Shown here one piece after another: positions 1 to 8,813 of a stretch of DNA of 25,315 bases; position 1 is the first letter of the stretch; each line of letters begins with the position of its first letter. Source of the stretch: a virus (lineage: Duplodnaviria > Caudoviricetes); IMG/VR virus record IMGVR_UViG_3300020045_015213, positions 1 through 25,315 of that record; one strand, given 5' to 3'. The notes under the pieces are model-generated. The model saw only the letters and a list, made by a program, of their open reading frames with translations, did not search any database and was not told the DNA's origin. Both the position numbers and the translations under genes were made by a program.

Positions 1-22
1 AATTATTTTAAAACAAGAAATT

Positions 23-1141
23 TTAGGGTTCTTTTGTAAACGAAACTCCGGTTTCTCCAATACTTGGTATGGCTCTAATATTTTCCGGTTGAATATTTTT
101 GGAAACCTTGTCTTGGATTTCTAGTTCTTTTGCTCGTCCTCTTTGAAAGGCTTTATTCAGTTCCGTTTTATAGTTTTGCGCCATATAGATTGCTTCGTGA
201 TACGCTTTAATATCGGCAATCTCTCCGGTGTTTTTGTCTAAGAACTTGCTAAAAAGATTGGTGGAGTCAAGCTGAAACTCTTTTACTTCGTTAAGATTGT
301 CCGGTTTAATGGTGAAATCTTCGAACCCTGTTTCTTTGTCTCCCAGTTGAATTTTGAACCCTTCAAAATTGTTGGTGAATAAAGACTCGGTTCTTGAAAT
401 AAACTTATCTCTTGTTGCTTTGTTTGTCGCATCAAACTCTTCTTCTTGTTTCTGTTGATTGTCAATCGCTTTCTTTGCTTCTCGATACTCAATCGGAATA
501 TGCTCGTCAGACCCTCCAACGGCATTGAATTCTTCTTTTCGTTTTTCGAAAAACGCATCCGCTTTCTTCAAATCGGTTTTAATATTTATCTTTCTGTCCA
601 GGATTTCATCTTCGTCGTCCTCTTCGTCAAGGTTTTCCAGTCCATATTGTTTCTCATACAGTCTGTTAGCTTCTTTATCAGTCAAATCAGGGTTCGAAAG
701 TTTGATGTAGCTTCTTAATCGGCTTTCTTCACTTTCGGTACTCCAATCCTTCTGCGTTTCCAAGAAGTCGTTGTAATTTGTGTTTCCTGTTTTTTCAATG
801 AACTCGTTGAATTTCTCCATTGCAGGAGCGTATTTCTTTTGCTCTTTCGGCGTCAATGAATCCTGAAATTCCTCTACCGTCATTCCTTTCGATTCTGCCA
901 AATATTTTATGGCCAAATCCTCGTCAAGCTCTACTGCTTCATATTCATCTTCTCCGACTTGCTCGGAAACCTGCTCGGCTACTTGCTCGTGAACTTCTTC
1001 AACAACTTCTGGAACTACTACTTCAGCTTCGGGAATTATTACATCGTCATTTTCTGTAACCGGGGCAAATGATATTGTAGGCTCTTGGTTTTCTACTGCT
1101 ACTACTTCCGCTTCCGGAATAACATTTTCATCCTGTGGCAT
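23..1141 (-). CDS. Probable capsid scaffolding protein (acidic, largely helical)
   Basis: 372 aa, very E/D-rich with a low-complexity N-terminus. Lies downstream of the portal gene with its own late-type promoter and an A-rich leader. Position fits a scaffold preceding a major capsid gene beyond the window edge. Function is inferred from composition and synteny only. Confidence 0.6.
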   Translation of the reverse strand: MPQDENVIPEAEVVAVENQEPTISFAPVTENDDVIIPEAEVVVPEVVEEVHEQVAEQVSEQVGEDEYEAVELDEDLAIKYLAESKGMTVEEFQDSLTPKEQKKYAPAMEKFNEFIEKTGNTNYNDFLETQKDWSTESEESRLRSYIKLSNPDLTDKEANRLYEKQYGLENLDEEDDEDEILDRKINIKTDLKKADAFFEKRKEEFNAVGGSDEHIPIEYREAKKAIDNQQKQEEEFDATNKATRDKFISRTESLFTNNFEGFKIQLGDKETGFEDFTIKPDNLNEVKEFQLDSTNLFSKFLDKNTGEIADIKAYHEAIYMAQNYKTELNKAFQRGRAKELEIQDKVSKNIQPENIRAIPSIGETGVSFTKEP

Positions 1142-1171
1142 AATATTTTGATTTGATTTGATTTATTAGTA

Positions 1172-1214
1172 CAAAAGTATATTTTATTCAATTACAAATG
1201 TTTGTTGTCGTTTA
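1172..1214 (-). promoter_or_regulatory. Late-type promoter P1 (14-bp element + TTTG + 15 nt + TAnnTTTG)
   Basis: Minus strand reads TAAACGACAACAAA-CA-TTTG-TAATTGAATAAAATA-TACTTTTG. TAnnTTTG is the Bacteroidota sigma-A -7 box. The same layout recurs at 7925-7967 and 17995-18037. Confidence 0.75.
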
Positions 1215-1229
1215 TTTTATTTACATTTG
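1201..1229 (+). promoter_or_regulatory. Bacteroidota-type promoter for the tRNA gene
   Basis: TTTG (1201-1204), 17-nt spacer, TACATTTG (1222-1229), ending 3 nt before the tRNA 5' end. Confidence 0.6.
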
Positions 1230-1232
1230 TAC

Positions 1233-1303
1233 CGCAGGGTAGTGTAAAGGTTAGCACGAAGGCCTCATAAGCCTAAAGAGTGGTTCGAATCCGCCGACTG
1301 CAA
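1233..1303 (+). tRNA. tRNA-Met(CAT)-like gene, degenerate
   Basis: D arm GTGT/GCAC with GG in the loop; anticodon arm AGGC-CTCATAA-GCCT; T loop TTCGAAT. Acceptor CGCAGGG/GACTGCA has a C1:A72 mismatch and two more mismatches at its base. Followed by A-CAA, not CCA. Confidence 0.75.
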
Positions 1304-1337
1304 CAAGTTGATTCTTCCATTCGGAGAAAACAAATCT

Positions 1338-1370
1338 AAAAGCGGATAGCCTTGAAGTTATCCGCTTTTT
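1338..1370. terminator. Bidirectional intrinsic terminator
   Basis: AAAAGCGGATAGC-CTTGAA-GTTATCCGCTTTTT hairpin with A/T tracts on both sides, between the convergent tRNA (+) and the 252-aa gene (-). Confidence 0.85.
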
Positions 1371-1375
1371 GCTTT

Positions 1376-2134
1376 TTATTTACCTTTCAATTCTGAAACC
1401 TTTTTTCTCTCCAATCCGCTTTGAACATCAATGGAACTTACGCTTGTAGTTCCCTTCAACTCATTGCGTCTTTTTTCTGCCTTGGCATTTTTTGCCGCTA
1501 GTTGTGCAGGATTTAAACCGTCTTCGTTTTCGGTATCGGGGGCATATTTTACGTCTATTTTAGCATTGTAGTTTTCCTGTCCTTTTACGGCTCTGTCAGC
1601 CACTTTTGGGTTGGCGGTGACTTGGCTGTCGGTGGTAATTCCCCCGCCAATTCCATCCCTTTTCGCTCCTCCAATCGTTCCTTTTTTAGCATCCACTTTG
1701 TAAACCGCCGATGGAATTGGTTTTTCATCCACTTTAGTTTCTGTTTTTGGAGGAGTTCCTGGAATAATTTTGTCGGGAGTTCCCGGAGTCACAATATCCG
1801 GCGTGGGGTTCACGGCAGGTTTTCCTTTAGTGTCACCTATCTGTACCTTATACATTTTTCCATTATGCTCGAATATTTTCTTTCCGGATGCCTTGGCTTT
1901 TCCAAAAGCCTTGTCAAATTCGGGACTTCCCTTGACTCCTTTTCCAGGCAAAACCGCCGGCGAACCTTCTTTTCCTTTAATGACGGTAGATGGCGTTCCT
2001 TTTATTACGGTGTCTGGCGTTCCGGGTGTAGTAGTGGTTTCAACGGAACGGGTGCTTCTTGCTCCGTTGGCTCCTTTTACCACTTTTACCATTACTTTTT
2101 TCTTTGATTCTGTATTTGTTGTTGGGTCTGGCAT
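1376..2134 (-). CDS. Hypothetical basic Pro/Gly/Thr/Lys-rich protein, probably virion-associated
   Basis: 252 aa; PGTP repeats flank a small FDKAFGKAKASGKKIFEHNGKMY module; last gene of the terminase-portal transcript. Confidence 0.7.
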   Translation of the reverse strand: MPDPTTNTESKKKVMVKVVKGANGARSTRSVETTTTPGTPDTVIKGTPSTVIKGKEGSPAVLPGKGVKGSPEFDKAFGKAKASGKKIFEHNGKMYKVQIGDTKGKPAVNPTPDIVTPGTPDKIIPGTPPKTETKVDEKPIPSAVYKVDAKKGTIGGAKRDGIGGGITTDSQVTANPKVADRAVKGQENYNAKIDVKYAPDTENEDGLNPAQLAAKNAKAEKRRNELKGTTSVSSIDVQSGLERKKVSELKGK

Positions 2135-2153
2135 AGTTTCTTTTTTTTATTGG

Positions 2154-2822
2154 TTAGTTATATACTTTTATTTCTATTTGTAATTCTCTATCAACTAAAA
2201 TGGTATAGGGATTTATAGCCGCACTATTAACATCTGTTATAGTTAATCTAACCAAAGATGAATGTATTCTTTGAACCCAAAAATATCCTACAATTGAATT
2301 TGTACTGAATAGTGGCAATCTTATGACACCTGAATTAGTTGTTGATCCTTGGTAACCAAAAGGAGGTATGTATGTTTTATTGGAAGAAAATGTAGCCGTA
2401 GATGATGTAAATTCATAAACACCAGTACTTTGAGGATTTACAATGATGTTTTTTTCTGTAAATTCATCCAAAATAATATTATCAGAAACGCTGCCGTCGC
2501 TCATAAAACGTAAGTTTGTTGCATAGGTTTTAAATGGTAATGCTAATCCAGTATTACTGTCAACATATTCCTTTACGGCTTTGGCACTTGGATATTTTAT
2601 ATCACTGTCTCCGTCTGCGTCTATACTGGTAGATTTATTTAAAGTGTCTTCTTTTCCACTAATGTCAACACTACTTCCGCCTCCTAATCCCTGCGCTATT
2701 AAAAAATCCTTTATCCTTTGGAATGTATAGTTTTTAGTCTTGTTTGCATCGTCAGCATCCGTGCCTGTTACCTTGTCATTTAAGGAAATGTTATTGTCGT
2801 TTTCGTATGTGTTTGTTTTCAT
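2154..2822 (-). CDS. Fibre/decoration-like structural protein
   Basis: 222 aa. N-terminal DKVTGTD...KTKNY motif is shared with two other fibre-like genes in the window. Also has a KE..LNK...YPSAKAVKEYVD fibre-shaft motif and a beta-rich C-terminus. Confidence 0.6.
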   Translation of the reverse strand: MKTNTYENDNNISLNDKVTGTDADDANKTKNYTFQRIKDFLIAQGLGGGSSVDISGKEDTLNKSTSIDADGDSDIKYPSAKAVKEYVDSNTGLALPFKTYATNLRFMSDGSVSDNIILDEFTEKNIIVNPQSTGVYEFTSSTATFSSNKTYIPPFGYQGSTTNSGVIRLPLFSTNSIVGYFWVQRIHSSLVRLTITDVNSAAINPYTILVDRELQIEIKVYN

Positions 2823-2827
2823 TGTGA

Positions 2828-5266
2828 CTATTGGTTTATATCGAACATTTCCATTTCTGCCTTTTCGCTTTCAAAGTCGATAGGGTCTTTCCCTTTGGCT
2901 TTTTGGTCGGCTATTCTACTCGTGTGCGTGGCGGCCTCGGCTTGTGTGGCTGACTTGTCTTGTTTTAGTTTTTCAAGTTTTTCGTGTGCGCCTGAATTAA
3001 TCAGCATTTGCAGTTCCTTGTCTCCAACTATTTTGTCAGCAAGCGTCAATCGGTCTTGCTCTCCTCTTGCATTTTCCTTGGCTAATTCGCCTTGGGAAAT
3101 AGATTGCTGTACCTGCATCTTTATTTGTCCTTCAAGTTGAGCCGTTTCCTGTCTTGCTTTTTCCGCTTCTTGTGCAGCACGAATATTCTCGTCGCTTTGG
3201 ATTTTGAATTTTTGCGCTTCTTGTTCCTGCATTACCTTGGCGCGTTTTTTCACCAAAACTGTCAAGTATTGGATAGCTAAATCAAGGATTTTGATGTTGC
3301 GTATTTTGTATTTGTCTTCCAATCCGATATAGTTTTTTTCTACTGCGGTCGACATATCTTGGTTCAATTCTGCTCTTTCTTCGTCGTCCATTTCCAACTC
3401 AAAGAATATGGCGAAATCGCTCAAATGTAAATCTCTCACTATGTCCAAATCGGCGACGGCGGAAGCTCCAATTTTTTGGATCAAATCTTCCCTTAAACTT
3501 GGATAGTATTTCAAAATATCCGAAATTGCATAACTGATGGTTTCGGCAGTTTTCAATACTAAATATCCTGCACCGTCCAAGATATGTCTTGTAGCTAAAT
3601 TCGAGTTGTAAGCGGCTATTTTTTGAATCCCTACCAAACTATCCCTGTCTGGAGTTGAAGCGTCACTCGCTTTGTTTAGTCCCACTAAATCGGTTAATTC
3701 AGTTAATTTGGCGTTGCTTTCGTTTCGCAAGGCAACTAATTTATTTATACTGTCTCCAGTGGCAATTTCTTGAAAAGGTTTTTGGGCGTTGTTGTATTCT
3801 CCTCCCAATTGTGAGGAGCGATATAAGTAACTACCTTTTTGTAGGTACATATTCAATGATTGCTGCACCGTTTGGGTCTTCCCTTCTCCCATATCAATAT
3901 CAGCCAAAGCGTCAATATCAATGGCAATACCATCAGGCTTAATTCCTTGTCGTATTTGCTGTCCTTTCAATTCAAGAACATTCAAATCATCTTCAACGGG
4001 CATCATTCTTGAAACTAAACTCGAAATATGACCGCCCTCCATATTCGGGGCAATCATTCGGTATTGTTCGCAAACTTTCTTGTTGTTTGATTTTGGGCGG
4101 GTCATAGATTTGGCCAATTCCCATTTCAACAAAATATTGGTTCCCAAGACCATACACCCTTCAAACAACACTTCTTCTACAACGGAGTTTCTAATGTATC
4201 TATCTTTCTTGTCTTTCGGTTTTGAAGCGTCAAAAAACTCGTTGGCGTCTTCGATTACCGTTTCACCATTGGATAGTTTCTTTACTTTTTTGGCTCTCTC
4301 GCGGAAAGTTTTATAGGTAAAGTAGAGTAGGTTGGTCGTGCCTTTTATTGCGTCTGTTTTAGGCAATCCGTGATGATTCGCCCAATTACTTGCCGACATT
4401 TCAATCTCTTTTTTTACTTCGGCATTTTGGGTATTCAACAATTCGGGATATTCCACAAATATGTCGGAAAGCAATACCTGTGAAACGTGTCCTTTGTAAA
4501 AGCAATCGTTAAAATAAGGGTCTTTTGTAGGCGAATAAACCATATCGGCAAAATCAATAGGCTCGGTTATAATCCCTTTGGCGGGATTCAATCGGGTGCG
4601 GGTTGCAGCGGCCCCGTCAACCACCAATCCCCTTACATTTTTCTTGTTGATTACCAAGTTGTACTCGTTTTCCTCCATTACCGTGGCAATGGCAATCTGG
4701 TTCGACAAACAATTGGAAGGTTTCCATTCCATCTGCATGTGAATGTCCATTTCCTCTTTGGTTTGCGGAATTTCATCTGCGGGCATAGCACTAACATCGA
4801 TACCGGTTTCGGCAAGTGCTTTTTGGGTAAAAGGCAAAGAGTTTCTTTCATCCTCAATTCTTTTGCGATACGCTCTTTTTTCTTCATCGGAATCAGGATC
4901 AATAGCTTTTGCCTTGATGGAGTAGGGGCGGTTTACCATTCCGTTTACCACCAAATCCACGATTTTAGGCATTCTCGACAACGGCTTTTTGCTTAAATTC
5001 AACAAAGAAACATCACCGTTCGTACCCAACATAGGATAGTATTTGGTCATGTCTACCATTCCGTTGGCGTAAATTCTTCTTTCGTAAAATTCCGCGCGGC
5101 CGGTATAGAATCGACAAGACCCTCCGTTGCCTTTATAAAACCATTCGGAATATATCATATCCCCAACGGCTTTTCCATAAGCACGGCTTTGTTTTGTAGC
5201 GAAACTATCTATTTGACTCGGCGGGGCGATAGTCGCTGATATTTTAAATCCTTTATCGTCTTCCAT
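2828..5266 (-). CDS. Portal protein
   Basis: 812 aa directly downstream of the terminase. Motifs such as PKIVDLVVNGM, SLVSRMMP and TDLVGLNKASDASTP plus a long C-terminal coiled coil resemble large podovirus-type portals of Bacteroidota phages. Confidence 0.85.
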   Translation of the reverse strand: MEDDKGFKISATIAPPSQIDSFATKQSRAYGKAVGDMIYSEWFYKGNGGSCRFYTGRAEFYERRIYANGMVDMTKYYPMLGTNGDVSLLNLSKKPLSRMPKIVDLVVNGMVNRPYSIKAKAIDPDSDEEKRAYRKRIEDERNSLPFTQKALAETGIDVSAMPADEIPQTKEEMDIHMQMEWKPSNCLSNQIAIATVMEENEYNLVINKKNVRGLVVDGAAATRTRLNPAKGIITEPIDFADMVYSPTKDPYFNDCFYKGHVSQVLLSDIFVEYPELLNTQNAEVKKEIEMSASNWANHHGLPKTDAIKGTTNLLYFTYKTFRERAKKVKKLSNGETVIEDANEFFDASKPKDKKDRYIRNSVVEEVLFEGCMVLGTNILLKWELAKSMTRPKSNNKKVCEQYRMIAPNMEGGHISSLVSRMMPVEDDLNVLELKGQQIRQGIKPDGIAIDIDALADIDMGEGKTQTVQQSLNMYLQKGSYLYRSSQLGGEYNNAQKPFQEIATGDSINKLVALRNESNAKLTELTDLVGLNKASDASTPDRDSLVGIQKIAAYNSNLATRHILDGAGYLVLKTAETISYAISDILKYYPSLREDLIQKIGASAVADLDIVRDLHLSDFAIFFELEMDDEERAELNQDMSTAVEKNYIGLEDKYKIRNIKILDLAIQYLTVLVKKRAKVMQEQEAQKFKIQSDENIRAAQEAEKARQETAQLEGQIKMQVQQSISQGELAKENARGEQDRLTLADKIVGDKELQMLINSGAHEKLEKLKQDKSATQAEAATHTSRIADQKAKGKDPIDFESEKAEMEMFDINQ

Positions 5267-5269
5267 AAC

Positions 5270-7918
5270 TTATGAGTATGTTTGAAATTTTATTTGTACT
5301 GGTTTTTTTGGCCCCGTGGGAGCTAAATATGGTTTTCTGTTTACTGCCATAATCGCATATCCAGAAGCAATCGTGGCATCAAATTCTGTTCTCTTGGCAA
5401 CGTTGAATCTTGCCCAATCGCGAAGTGTTCTGTCAAACGGCATACTTCCCATTTCTCCTTCGACTCTCACTGGGCGCAAGTTTTGGCCTTGGGTATAGTT
5501 TCCGACGTATTTGTCAATGTAGGTCTCAATTCCTGTCCAGTGTTGCGTGATAATGTCCACGCCCGAACTCGGTACGCCTCCCAAATCTTTTTCCGTTTGC
5601 GACAGCTTGTTCATCGGCTTGTCAAAACGATGTATCGAATAACCGCGATAACCACGGTTTCTAAAGTGCAACAAGAATCGAGTTTTGTTGTTCTCAATCA
5701 AGCAAGGCATTCCGTAAAATACTGCCGCCATCAAGCAATCCTCAAAGAATATTTCGGCTGTTTGCGGTCTTGTGATGTATTCCACGATAAAACAATTGCT
5801 TGGAGCATCTTTCATCGTGGTGCGGGTAAGTCCTATGAAGGCTCCTTTAGAACCTTCGCTATGTTCCGATCCGTTTTCTGTTTCTTCAAGTTGACTTCCT
5901 TGCGTGGAATCTTGGTCATAGGTATCGACCCCAAAAGCTCCCAAATCATCATTTCCTGGATGTTTTGATACGTGGCCAAACTCGTTCCGTTTGATTTCCC
6001 ATTTATTCTGCATATCCGCCGGCGGAATCCACGCGACCAAGAATCTTCCTTTTTCGGTTGGCGTCCAAATAACTCTTGTATCAGGAGTATTGTCTTCCCA
6101 AGAAAAATTTCCTCTTGTAAGTGTTTTTCTGATGTCGTAGGTTTCGTTGTAGTCTAATTGGTCGTTGATTTTCTGTTGGTCAAATATGGTGGAAACTGAC
6201 TCGTCACGAAAAGCATCTGCCTTGGTAATCGGGTCCAAACGTCGAGCATTCCAGTAATTTTTCTCTCCCAACATTCTGGCCGACTTAAATTCGTTTTCCA
6301 AATATTGCAACGCGCCGTATAGTTTTAACTCTCCCTGTGCATTCACGAAACTTTTTCCTTTTTCCACTACGGTGTGGCAAACGCCATATTTGTCCGTGTA
6401 ATCTTCAGCGTTTTGGTGTGCCGGCAAGAAATAAGCGTATAAACCCGTAGTGGTCCTGCCGTTGTCGTTTCGCTTCAATACATTCGAACCAATATCCATT
6501 AATTTGAAATCGCTTCCTCCTTTTGCCAATGGGTTTAACGTGGAGCCAATGAATGATTTCCCAACAACTCTACCTCCTTGAATCATTGTGGGCTTGATGT
6601 TCGACCAGTGCGCCAAATAGCTCAAATGCTCCCATTTTGAAGCTTCGTCGCCCAAATACATATTCAGTTTCACGGAGTCATAGGATAGTATCGCTGTAGC
6701 CCTGTAATCGACGGTAGTGTTTAGGTAATCCGACGTCGAAGTATCTTTAGTTTTTTTGGCCGCCCTCGAATTGTCCGATGGTTTCCCGAACACCATTTTC
6801 TTTACGTCGTCAATTTTTCCCTTCACTACCGGTTGGAAGAAAAAGGGTAAATTCTGTATTACATACGAGTATTTTTGAAAAGCTACCATCGCATCCGCAT
6901 CGGATTTGGAAGTGATGCCTATCTTTTGATTTTTGGTTGTGGTCGATAATTCTACCAAATGGTCTAATGCCATTTCCGTGAAACCGGTACGACGACCCTT
7001 GGTGAAAAACATTCCAATGCTTCTTTTGTCAATCAAACAGGCTTTGGCGAAATAATACATATTGGCCTGTGCCATACGAAATTCTTTGTAACCTCCCGTA
7101 TCTGCCATTTGGTTCCATTGCAACCCCATATAATGTTCGGGAGTGATGTAAACTGCCTGTCCGTTATTCATAAACCAAACGCCTTCTCTACGACGTTTGA
7201 ATTCCTTAATTATGTAATCCGCAAAAGCTTCTTCGGTATCGGGTGTCAAACCTTTCGGTATTTCCTGTCTTCTCCAATATTGTTCGGCCGGTGCGTATTT
7301 TTCGAAAAGGATTTCGGAACGCCTCGGTTTTTTAGGAAGCATTATGTTCAACCCGTCAAGGGTGATAATTTCTCCTTTGGTTCCCAAGGGGCAAATCATT
7401 ACGCTGTCGGTGGCTTCGTCATACCATTCTTTGTGGTATTTTTTTAAGGGCAAAAACTCTTGATTGGCAAACTTCTCCGGATAACCTCTCTTGAATTCAC
7501 GTTCCTGAAGGTCAAACTTGTCGGAATCGATTTGGTTTTGCAATTCGATGTTTCCTGCATTAATATCGGTAATTGCTTTAAGTAAAAGAGGTTTTGAACT
7601 AATAGCTGTTCCATATTTCTCGGCATTTAAACCTTCAAAATTTATCTCTTTTTTTAATGCTTTACGTAATACTTCAATGGATTTATCACCTATTGATACA
7701 AGTTCAATTATATAACTTCGTAACTTTTCGTGACTTGGGGCATTAGGTGAATTTTGCCAAGTAACCAAAAGTTCTTTTATCGCAATAAAAGATTCAATTC
7801 TGGATTTAACAAGCGCAGACAATTTGTCGTCGTTGACCTTGGATATGTCAACGTTAAGCTCCATCCCTTGTAGGGAATCCTTAATTGCAAATTCTATGTC
7901 TTCACTCAAGCCTTTCAT
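5270..7918 (-). CDS. terL: Terminase large subunit with N-terminal helical extension
   Basis: Terminase Walker A KGRRTGFT, Walker B MYLGDEASKW, motif III IGST, RNase-H-like nuclease acidic motifs GAFGVDTYD, LIENNK and FDATIASG. ATG at 7918 is preferred because the TTG at 7927 lies inside the -7 box. Confidence 0.93.
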   Translation of the reverse strand: MKGLSEDIEFAIKDSLQGMELNVDISKVNDDKLSALVKSRIESFIAIKELLVTWQNSPNAPSHEKLRSYIIELVSIGDKSIEVLRKALKKEINFEGLNAEKYGTAISSKPLLLKAITDINAGNIELQNQIDSDKFDLQEREFKRGYPEKFANQEFLPLKKYHKEWYDEATDSVMICPLGTKGEIITLDGLNIMLPKKPRRSEILFEKYAPAEQYWRRQEIPKGLTPDTEEAFADYIIKEFKRRREGVWFMNNGQAVYITPEHYMGLQWNQMADTGGYKEFRMAQANMYYFAKACLIDKRSIGMFFTKGRRTGFTEMALDHLVELSTTTKNQKIGITSKSDADAMVAFQKYSYVIQNLPFFFQPVVKGKIDDVKKMVFGKPSDNSRAAKKTKDTSTSDYLNTTVDYRATAILSYDSVKLNMYLGDEASKWEHLSYLAHWSNIKPTMIQGGRVVGKSFIGSTLNPLAKGGSDFKLMDIGSNVLKRNDNGRTTTGLYAYFLPAHQNAEDYTDKYGVCHTVVEKGKSFVNAQGELKLYGALQYLENEFKSARMLGEKNYWNARRLDPITKADAFRDESVSTIFDQQKINDQLDYNETYDIRKTLTRGNFSWEDNTPDTRVIWTPTEKGRFLVAWIPPADMQNKWEIKRNEFGHVSKHPGNDDLGAFGVDTYDQDSTQGSQLEETENGSEHSEGSKGAFIGLTRTTMKDAPSNCFIVEYITRPQTAEIFFEDCLMAAVFYGMPCLIENNKTRFLLHFRNRGYRGYSIHRFDKPMNKLSQTEKDLGGVPSSGVDIITQHWTGIETYIDKYVGNYTQGQNLRPVRVEGEMGSMPFDRTLRDWARFNVAKRTEFDATIASGYAIMAVNRKPYLAPTGPKKPVQIKFQTYS

Positions 7919-7924
7919 TGGTAA

Positions 7925-7967
7925 CAAAGGTATTAATAAAACGTTATCAAACGTTTGTTGTCGTTTA
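7925..7967 (-). promoter_or_regulatory. Late-type promoter P2 for terminase-portal
   Basis: Minus strand TAAACGACAACAAA-CG-TTTG-ATAACGTTTTATTAA-TACCTTTG, then 6 nt to the ATG. Confidence 0.75.
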
Positions 7968-7984
7968 AATTTGGCAAACCAAAA

Positions 7985-8551
7985 CTATGCTTCAAGTTTT
8001 GCCAATATATTTCTGGTCCTCATTCTATACAATCTTTGGTCGTTTATCACAAACTCGTATTCAGAATCCGTTTTGAAGGCTATTTTATCGCCGACGAAAA
8101 CTCCCTGTGCTTCCAATATGCTGTTGGAATATTTCACGATTCCCACGTGTTCCAATTCCGTGGCGCCAACCCATTTTTTTTCCTCGATTATGGGTTCGAT
8201 AAACACGAAGTTGTCCACCGAAATCGTTTCTTCTCCACGGAATATCAAGAATATCTGCTCCGGCAATGCCTGAAACAAATTCTCCTTGATATATGAATCC
8301 GATTCCCTGGTCTTTCCCTGTCCGTCGAAGTAGGTCCTGAAGATGTTGTGCTGCAACACTACTTTGTCGCCAACCTGAATATTCCCTTCGTAATTCAACG
8401 GCAAAGATTCCACGACTCCTATTCGGTTCACGTCCTTGGCATTTTCTATCGAGGTGTTCACGATAAGCGTTTTGTCGCCCACTTTTTTGGTGGTGATAAA
8501 TTTCTCCCCGTTGAAAGGAGAAACAATAAATCTGTCGGTCATTCGCATCAT
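7985..8551 (-). CDS. Tandem GroES-like (two Cpn10-fold domains) protein
   Basis: Two copies of the Cpn10 pattern: DRFIVSP...GVVESLP...IQVGDKVVL and DNFVFIEP...GIVKY...VFVGDKIAF...EFVINDQRLYRMRTRNILA. Confidence 0.75.
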   Translation of the reverse strand: MMRMTDRFIVSPFNGEKFITTKKVGDKTLIVNTSIENAKDVNRIGVVESLPLNYEGNIQVGDKVVLQHNIFRTYFDGQGKTRESDSYIKENLFQALPEQIFLIFRGEETISVDNFVFIEPIIEEKKWVGATELEHVGIVKYSNSILEAQGVFVGDKIAFKTDSEYEFVINDQRLYRMRTRNILAKLEA

Positions 8552-8790
8552 TATTCGATATAATATTCAACGGTTACGCTATTGTTTTTAGGAATGTCCT
8601 TCCAATGCTTGCTTTCGGCGCCAGATGAAATGTACATTTCGAAATGCTCGTCAACCAACTCGATATTGGTGATGATTCGCGTCAATCGCTCTCCGTTTAT
8701 GGTGATTGGCCTTGGTTTGTCGGCTACATAAACAGCCTCTCTATCTGACATAGCTACCGTAAGTACTCTTATTCTTTTTGTATCGGCCAT
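8551..8790 (-). CDS. Small beta-rich hypothetical protein
   Basis: 79 aa from ATG 8790 after an A-rich leader; stop overlaps the next start (TAATG), indicating translational coupling. Confidence 0.7.
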   Translation of the reverse strand: MADTKRIRVLTVAMSDREAVYVADKPRPITINGERLTRIITNIELVDEHFEMYISSGAESKHWKDIPKNNSVTVEYYIE

Positions 8791-8813
8791 TTTGTTTTTA
8801 TTTAATTGTTTGT

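Noticed and set aside
1304-1337. Possible tRNA-associated theta (HDV-like) ribozyme after tRNA-Met
   Set aside because: Only a short hairpin (TTCTTCC/GGAGAA) fits before the terminator; no nested pseudoknot.
7966-7973. Plus-strand TAAATTTG -7 box pointing antisense into the GroES-like gene
   Set aside because: No -33 element at a suitable distance and no plus-strand gene; cannot be distinguished from chance.
446-8563. Many plus-strand ORFs opposite scaffold, portal, terminase and GroES-like genes
   Set aside because: Antisense shadows of clear minus-strand genes, with hydrophobic/Ser-Phe-biased composition and no recognisable motifs or leaders.
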